A DNA stretch of 61,459 nucleotides, the filler included. It is 10 parts of 10 records of this genome, joined end to end, with 100 filler letters (N's around TTAATTAATTAA, not from the genome) between each part and the next. Parts side by side here need not be neighbours in the genome. Positions count along the whole stretch, not along the records: positions 47,507 to 61,459 come from SRR15195285_2776; 9 more parts are not named here. One strand, written 5' to 3'. Shown here piece by piece: positions 57,140 to 61,459 of the stretch (position 1 is its first letter; each line of letters opens with the position of its first letter). The notes beneath the pieces were generated by a model, which saw only the letters and a program-made list of their open reading frames with translations, had not been told where the DNA came from and searched no databases. Position numbers and translations under genes: made by a program.

Positions 57140-59402
57140 ATGCCGCGCGAGATCATCACCTGTCAAGTCGGGCAGTGCGGCAATCAGAGTGCGTGTTGCT
57201 TGCTGCGCGCGCTGAGCATGTGTGCGAGCGGGTGCAGGCTAACCACGTGTGCCTCGTAGTTGGAACGGAGTTCTGGAAGCAGCTGTGTCTAGAACATGGC
57301 ATCAGCCCCGATGGAATCCTCGAAGACTTCGCGACGGATGGTGGGGATCGTAAGGACGTCTTCTTCTACCAGGCGGACGATGACCACTACATCCCGCGTG
57401 CTCTACTGTTTGATCTCGAACCACGGGTGAGAAGCATATCCCTGTGGCACCGTACCGTGCGCACTGCGCATTCTGCCAAACACGCAAACGGACGTGCAGG
57501 TGATTAACAGCATCCAGACGAGCGACTCGCGGAATCTCTACAACCCTGAAAACTTCTTCATGTCCGCCGACGGTGGTGGCGCTGGCAACAACTGGGCGAG
57601 CGGTAAGACACATGCCTAACACACCCAGGCGAAGGCCGACAGCTAAGGAGCTCGGCGTGACCCTCGTCCGTGTCTGCGCAGGATATCAGCAAGCCAATGA
57701 TAAGGAAGAAGAAATCATGGAGATGATTGACCGTGAGGCGGATGGGAGCGACAGCCTTGAGGCACGCGTTCTAGCACCTCTGCTGTGCCTGTGTCCGCCA
57801 TCACCCCTGTAGATACTGACCTAAATTCTGATTTCGCAGGGATTTGTTCTCATTCACTCGATAGCAGGAGGGACTGGCTCAGGCATGGGATCCAACTTGC
57901 TGGAGAAACTAAACGACCGATACCCGAAGAAGCTGATTCAGACGTACTCAGTTTTCCCAAATCAGACCGAAACAAGCGACGTTGTGGTGCAGCCATACAA
58001 CTCACTGCTTACTTTGAAAAGGCTCACACTAAACGCAGACTGTGTGGTAAGTTGTTGGCGGCCAGCATCCCGGACGCTTGAGCACTCATAGTCTACTGAA
58101 GTAAGTTTCGGTCATGTGCAGGTGGTGCTCGATAACACGGCACTCAATCGGATTGCGGTGGACCGGCTCAACGTGGAGAATCCGACCTTTGCACAGGTCA
58201 ATTCCTTGGTAAGTTTGCCCAATTTTCAGTCACGGAGGGCCTTTGCTCCTAGAGCACATCAGTTATGATTGCGCCCGATTGAAACGTGCTGTCCCTGCTG
58301 TCTCGCACTAGGTGTCTACTGTTATGGCAGCCAGCACAACTACGCTGCGCTACCCCGGCTATATGAACAATGATATGATTGGACTGATCGCGTCACTCAT
58401 CCCGACACCTCGTTGTCACTTTCTGATGACCGGCTACACTCCTATGACATTGGATCAGCACGTAAGCGTTTACGTTGACAACGGCTTTGACCCCTGCCAC
58501 GTGCAAATGCTGACCATACGAATGCTGGAATGCCTCTATGTTGCTGACCCGACGATGTATGCAGGCGAGTGCAGTGAGAAAGACAACTGTACTTGATGTC
58601 ATGCGTAGGCTGCTTCAAGAAAAAAATCGGATGGTTTCATGCAGACGAAAGGACGGAAAGAAAGGCTGCTACATCTCCATTTTGAATATCATCCAGGGAG
58701 AAGTCGATCCTACCCAGGTCCACAAGTCACTGCAAAGGATCAGGGAGCGCAAACTTGCAGAGTTTATTCCATGGGGACCAGCTAGCATCCAGGCAAGTAA
58801 TTTCGACGCCTGTCGCGCGCAACGCGCTATGCCAGACACGCGAGGCGCGCTGACCAGCGTTCATGTGATCCGTGGTGTGTTGCGATGGATTTCAGGTGGC
58901 ATTATCGCGCAAGTCACCCTACATCAAAACTGCGCACCGGGTCAGCGGACTCATGATGGCAAACCATACAGATATTCACACGGTGAGCCAGTTTTCTGAT
59001 TCCTGCTCAGTTTGCACCAGCACGGCCCATGTCGATTGCGGCCTCGCCACGATCAAGCCCACATGACGACCATCGCTAACCTTTAACGTGGTGCGTCTGT
59101 AGTTGTTTGGGCGAGTAGTGATGAACTACGACAAGCTACGCAAGAAGGGCGCTTTCCTTGATATGTATCGCAAGGAGCCCATGTTCAGGGACGATTTGGA
59201 TGAATTCGATAGTTCCAGAGAGGTCGTACAATCGTTGATTGATGAATACAAGGCCGCTGAGACCGAGGAATACGTGCACTGGGGATCCGAGCCGATGTAT
59301 TCAGAGTATGACGACCCGCGTACTGCACTCGGCAGTGCAGCAGCAGCACTAGCAGCTGCAGACGATCTCGGAGCCACTGGTGGCGGAGGGGGGAACGCAT
59401 AA
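57140..59402 (+). CDS. TUBG1: Gamma-tubulin, 10 exons (9 introns, two GC-AG)
   Basis: [86 protein letters not shown]. Confidence 0.97.
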
Positions 59403-59425
59403 ATTCATTCATGATTTGTTTTTCA

Positions 59426-61459
59426 TTATCTCCGTTCGTCAGCTGCAGGGTGTCCGAAAAGGCTTGCCCATGTCCCTATTCTAACGATCCGCAACTTGCC
59501 TTCCGTCGTTTTCCGTGGCTCACGGAGCGCAACGCCTGTCTCAGTTTCAGCTTGCTGCGCTGGCATCGTTTGGGGGATCTGTCGTGCACCTGGCGTCGAC
59601 ACCATTGACACATCTTCAATCTCGTCAAGCCACAGGGTTGCGTCTTCGCCATCTGCCAGATCGTTGCTGGCGCGCATTGGCGTGCCGTCCGCAGTACGTT
59701 CAACACGTTCGAACTCCTCGCAGAATGCAGCCCATGTCGCTGGATTTCGTTCCTGCGCCGCCACCCAGCACAAACCTGGCCGCGACGGCTGTCCATCTGG
59801 TCTGGTGCTAACATCGAAATCACAGCCACGTGGCATGCAGAGAAGTGTTCGAATTGCTCCAGCTAAAACGATGCACACGTGTGGATCATATGTCTGAAAC
59901 GCGCGCGCGCACGCACGCAAGCACAATAGCACGCACACATACATACACACACACGCACACACATGCACAGACACGCATACACACACGCACCAGTAATGTT
60001 AGAGTGTAAATCTGACAGCTGAGACGGGGTGCCATCTACTAGTACTAGTACATCATTGCACTGACCACATCAGCGGCGATGATCGTGTCCGCCTCTCTGA
60101 GTTTGGAACTCAGCCCAGCTGCTGGCTCTTCTCCTGCCGGATGAATTCCAGAGGAGCCGGGCTCACAGGCAAAACCAGCGCCTGAACGATCGAACTCTGC
60201 TCTAGACGCAACCGCCCCCCAGTCGCAGACCTCTACACTGACCACAGGCTCCGTACTTGAGCTGAGTCCATTTGCGTTGATATTGTGCTGGGCATTCAAT
60301 ATGGCAGCTGGCTGATTATCTGTCAGCAGAACCGAGCACGGAGCGCATGCCTTGGCCACCTGCAACCACACCACCCATGACTAGTCACATCAGTCGCTGT
60401 GCAGGAGAGTTTTAATGAAACAACGAAGGTCAGCCCACACGACGAATGGCTACATACCGCGAGTCCAACGGTCCCACAGCCACAGCCGAGTTCCACAATC
60501 CGTCGTCCTTCGAGCAGCGACGGCCGATCGCAAAAGTAATCGGCGAGGTAGCGCCCAGCAGGCCACACGACTGTACTCGTTTCTGTTCCTCCGCCAAATG
60601 CTTCCGTTGAGCATCTGTACACCGCAACGAGTGGTCCATTCAATTGGATCACGTTTCAGCGAGCAGCCTAACAAGCGTCCAGGTCGCAGTACCGCGGCAC
60701 GAGTTGGACGGTCGTACGAGGCAGGGCGCGCATCTAGTACAAATGGACCGCTGCCTTGATGCGTACCGCAAGGCCACGACAGTACCCTCTGCCACAACAG
60801 TGCCACCGAACGTGTACGTGCGGTACCCGACGTCATCGCTGGAACCCAGCGCGCTTCCCTCGATCTGATCGTCCCGCTTTTGAACGCCGTGTGTCGCGCC
60901 TGTGCGCGAATTGGTCGCATCAAAGAGCACAGCGAGCAGCGGTTCGTGCAGCGCCACTTGTTTGGCATCACAAGCCTCGACCAGTACCTTGACCACTCGC
61001 TCTGCCGTCCCACGTACTCAGTCAACTACAGCTGTACAGAGCAAGGCGGCACGGGATGGTGCGCACTTGTGTAGCCAGTTGGGGGCGGATAGCGCTGGAC
61101 GACTGGATCCTGCAGCACCTGATCATAAAAGCGGGTCTGGGCATCTACGCTGTGCCATCCAGCGCCGTTCAGGTGCTTGTGCAGCGTTAGAAGTTCCTAG
61201 TCACAGGCGCGCCGGGAGGGTCAGGCGCCTCTCTTTCGCTGCCGGCGGGCGGCGCTGAAGCAGCGCCGAATGCAGCGAGCGACTGGAGGTCAACTCACCG
61301 ATGCGCGGGTACCGCAGCGATACAGCCGCTGCAACAGCGGCCAATCGATGCTCGAGATCGGCCCAGCATACGCTGGCTCGGCCTCCCATCGCACTGCGCC
61401 GCTCTCTGCGCTGGGTGCATCTACATCGCACGGCTCCGGCTCCGGCTCCGGCTCCGGCT
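59426..61459 (-). CDS. Family-16 (EEF2KMT/FAM86-like) protein lysine methyltransferase, multi-exon, 5' partial, starting in an (EP)n repeat
   Basis: QDPVVQRYPP..Y, VVWPAGRYLADY, IVELGCGCGTVGL, LLTD, DW, IIAADV|TYDP. Confidence 0.85.
61432..61459 (-). repeat. (GAGCCG)n coding repeat encoding EPEPEPEP
   Basis: In frame with the first visible methyltransferase exon. Confidence 0.75.

Noticed and set aside
47507-59402. Ciliary gene cluster (PKD1-like, CFAP418, gamma-tubulin)
   Set aside because: Mixed with unrelated genes; chance proximity in a gene-dense flagellate genome is sufficient
59975-60050. Possible micro-exon inside the methyltransferase intron
   Set aside because: Direct splicing already gives the canonical AADV-TYDP motif

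Overview
Eukaryotic nuclear DNA from a GC-rich, intron-containing, probably flagellated protist. The window is ten short contigs joined by artificial 100-nt N/TTAATTAATTAA/N spacers, so synteny across spacers means nothing. Recognisable genes: class I PLP aminotransferase, QRT3-like beta-helix glycanase, SET-domain protein, glutaredoxin-like/TKL kinase fusion, EF-hand K+ channel with a CNB-homology domain, RhoGEF, RAD16-like SNF2, CEP164-type WW protein, ankyrin protein, ARF GTPase, PATROL1/MUN protein, GH18 fragment, PKD1-like membrane protein with IQ motifs, CFAP418/C8orf37, VWA8-like AAA+ ATPase, gamma-tubulin and a family-16 methyltransferase. Most interesting: (1) an intronless protein fusing a coiled coil, a Rap1-type Myb domain and an intact-looking zinc HNH nuclease (28368-30797), flanked by ADP-ribosyltransferase fragments and a gypsy integrase relic; (2) a 0.9-kb tract packed with GTAC/CTAG palindromes, with the same signature recurring in intergenic DNA and an intron of other contigs, suggesting a palindrome-generating mutational or regulatory process; (3) two GC-AG introns in gamma-tubulin. 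All family calls are from reading motifs by eye, not database searches. A Picozoa-like origin is only an inference.
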